Shown here piece after piece: positions 62,053 through 64,000 of a stretch of DNA of 64,000 nucleotides. Below the pieces are notes generated by a model, which worked only from the letters and a program-made list of their open reading frames with translations, was not told the DNA's origin and did no database searches. How positions within the stretch are numbered: position 1 is the stretch's first letter; every line of letters begins with the position of its first letter. A program made the translations under genes and the position numbers. Location of the stretch: NCBI GenBank assembly GCA_001179505.1, contig CDMY01000365.1, positions 35,803 to 99,802 on the forward strand, read 5' to 3'. The stretch comes from Vitrella brassicaformis CCMP3155 (lineage: Eukaryota > Protista > Chromerida).

Positions 62053-64000
62053 ACTGTCTGAGCTCGCAGGGCCTCAGGCCCTTTTTCTCCTTAATATGAC
62101 GGCTGCTCGGGCCACACTTGCCGGCATCATGTCCAGCTCGAGCAGCTCTCCAGAATGAGTGCCGAATCGACCCCAGTCTCGGCAGACTCAGCCCATCCGC
62201 CCCCGCCATCTCAGGAGGGCGTCTCTGCAGTGCAGGGGGATGATGCCTCGCCCCTGCAGCCAGCCGCTGGTCCTGTGCGGTGTTGCCTATGCAACGAACG
62301 CCGGAACAAGACCACTGGATCGAGATGCAAGAGGAAGGGGAAACAGCTGGGCTGCCCCTGTTTCGAGAAAGGCAAGAAGTGCACCAACTGCCATTCCTGT
62401 GACCTAGGCATATGCGAGATTCGAACTCCCCCTCTATTCATCCTCGTGGCTTCCACTCAGGTATTCATCCTCGTGGCTTCCACTCAGGTATTCATCCTCG
62501 TGGCTTCCACTCGGATGAGTCTTCGTTACGAGGCGGATCCGCGTCGTATGTCCCTCCCCAGTGTGCCAGCTGCCACACTCGCCCGGCGTCCTCGAGCAAG
62601 GGCCTCTGCTATGCTTGCCTCTGCAATGGTGCCGAGCCTCCCCACCGCCCGCCTCCTGGCATACCCCTCGCTCCCCCTGCTGGCCCTCCGACGTCTTCAT
62701 TCGTCCAGGAGAAGATGCACGACGCCTTCGGAGCCACCGACTTCAATCAACAGAGCGGCCTCATGGACACCGACTAGCAGCGGTGGCACGCCCGCCTCGG
62801 CCCGCTGCGAGGGTGCCTTTGGGATCCACCGGGTGCTTCGACGAAGCGGATGGCCCGACTGCTCGCCACCGAGGCTCGTCGCTGGCGTGAGGAGCAGCTG
62901 GCGAGTGAGCGCATCCTCATCTGCGCGTGCACGATTCTCTATCGGGCGCCAGACGTCACTGGCAGCAAGGACATTGCCAAGACAGTGGAGCGGCGGATGG
63001 ACCAATGGGGGAAGGGCGACTTTGAGCAGCTCGTGCAGGAGGCTGAGCGGAACAACGCCCTCCTGGCCACCAGGCCTGTCGGCAAGGACGACGCCAACGA
63101 GGCCACGCTGCGCCAATTCCGTCGCCTGGTCGACAAGGACAAGGTCAAGCAGGCCGTCCGTTTCCTGACCGAGCGGGGAGGGGGAGGCGCGCTGAACCCC
63201 AACGACCTGGCTAAGGCCGACCCTGCGGGCCGCACCGTTTGGGAGGTCCTCGAGTCGAAGCACCCCGCCCAGAGTGACCCTGACCCGTCCTGCTTCCTCG
63301 ACCGGCCCCTCCCTCCCCTCACCCAAGTCGAGCTCACCGCCAACCACATCGAGCGGGCGGTACGGGCAACGAAGGGAGGCGCTGGACCTGTTGGTGGCGA
63401 GTCATCGGTGTGGAAGCAACTCCTTCTCAAGAGCGGCGCGGCAAGTGCGGAGCTGCGCAGTGAGTTAGCGGCCATGGCCTCCCACATCGCCAACGAGGAC
63501 GTGCCCTGGGAGCGGCTGCAGGCCTGCGTGCATGTCGGCTTATCGGTCTGGACAAGCAACCGGGCGTGCGGCCAATCGAGATCGGGGAGGTCCTGATGTG
63601 CATCATGGGCAAGGCGATGGCCAAGGCAGTCGGGGTGGATGCGGAGATTATGTGCGGTGCGGACCAGCTCTGTGCCGGGCTCAAGGGGGGCGTGGAGTGT
63701 GCCATTCATGCGGTATCCGGCGAGTTCGACTCGGGTGGCGTTGAGTGCGCGATCCTGGTGGATGCGACGAACACCTTTAACGAGATGAGTCGCTCTGCCG
63801 CCCTGTGGAACGTCCGCATTTTGTGGCCGCGGTGCTCACGCTAACACCTATCGCGGCCATGCGGCCCTCTACATGCGCGACCAATCCGCGCCGCTGTGGA
63901 GCCGAGAAGGGACCACACAAGGCGACCCCTTGGCCTCCCTCTTCTACTCTGTGGCCACCCTTCCGCTCGTGTGGGAGATGAAGCGGCCAGCAGAGGAGGG
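62053..64000 (+). mobile_element. Non-LTR retrotransposon copy 2 (CRE-like reverse transcriptase), degenerate; runs off the window
   Basis: RT motifs CRLIGLDKQPGVRPIEIGE, LCAGLKGGVECAIH, ILVDATNTFNEMSR and EGTTQGDPLASLFY. Lesions: 35-nt deletion, TAG at 62775-62777, frameshift near 63523, TAA at 63842-63844. Confidence 0.85.
62435..62515. repeat. 27-nt tandem triplication inside retroelement copy 2
   Basis: tattcatcctcgtggcttccactc(a/g)g(g/a) x3 (IHPRGFHSG); present only once in copy 1. Confidence 0.9.

Noticed and set aside
61869-62515. Short direct repeats as a CRISPR-like array
   Set aside because: Head-to-tail copies without unique spacers in eukaryotic context; no cas genes.
1-64000. 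rRNA, tRNA or other structured ncRNA genes
   Set aside because: None recognised by eye; a covariance-model search would be needed to exclude small RNAs.

Overview
Eukaryotic, intron-rich, GC-rich genomic DNA. The (CA)n/(GACA)n-filled introns, plastid-type targeting peptides and AP2-like proteins suggest a chromerid alveolate such as Vitrella (inference). The left ~49 kb is gene-dense: NOB1, a protein with ~7 divergent AP2-like repeats, a SprT-like protein with a degenerate active site, TRAPPC8, a DUF3054 protein, BUD31, an FAD monooxygenase, a very large patatin phospholipase, an alpha/beta hydrolase, tandem secreted LNR (Notch-repeat) paralogues (one carrying a FAS1 domain), a multi-exon microbial rhodopsin resembling the kalium/bacteriorhodopsin-like cation channelrhodopsin group, and a Venus-flytrap + Cys-rich + multi-TM receptor. 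The right ~15 kb is a visibly more AT-rich, gap-containing island bracketed by two copies of a CRE-like non-LTR retrotransposon. It holds two bacterial-type carbohydrate enzymes: a circularly permuted GH16 glucanase with an in-frame stop, and a DUF5060-type protein. All four N-runs are exactly 300 nt, so they are placeholders. Exon joins were read by hand and family calls are from remembered motifs; no database search was run.
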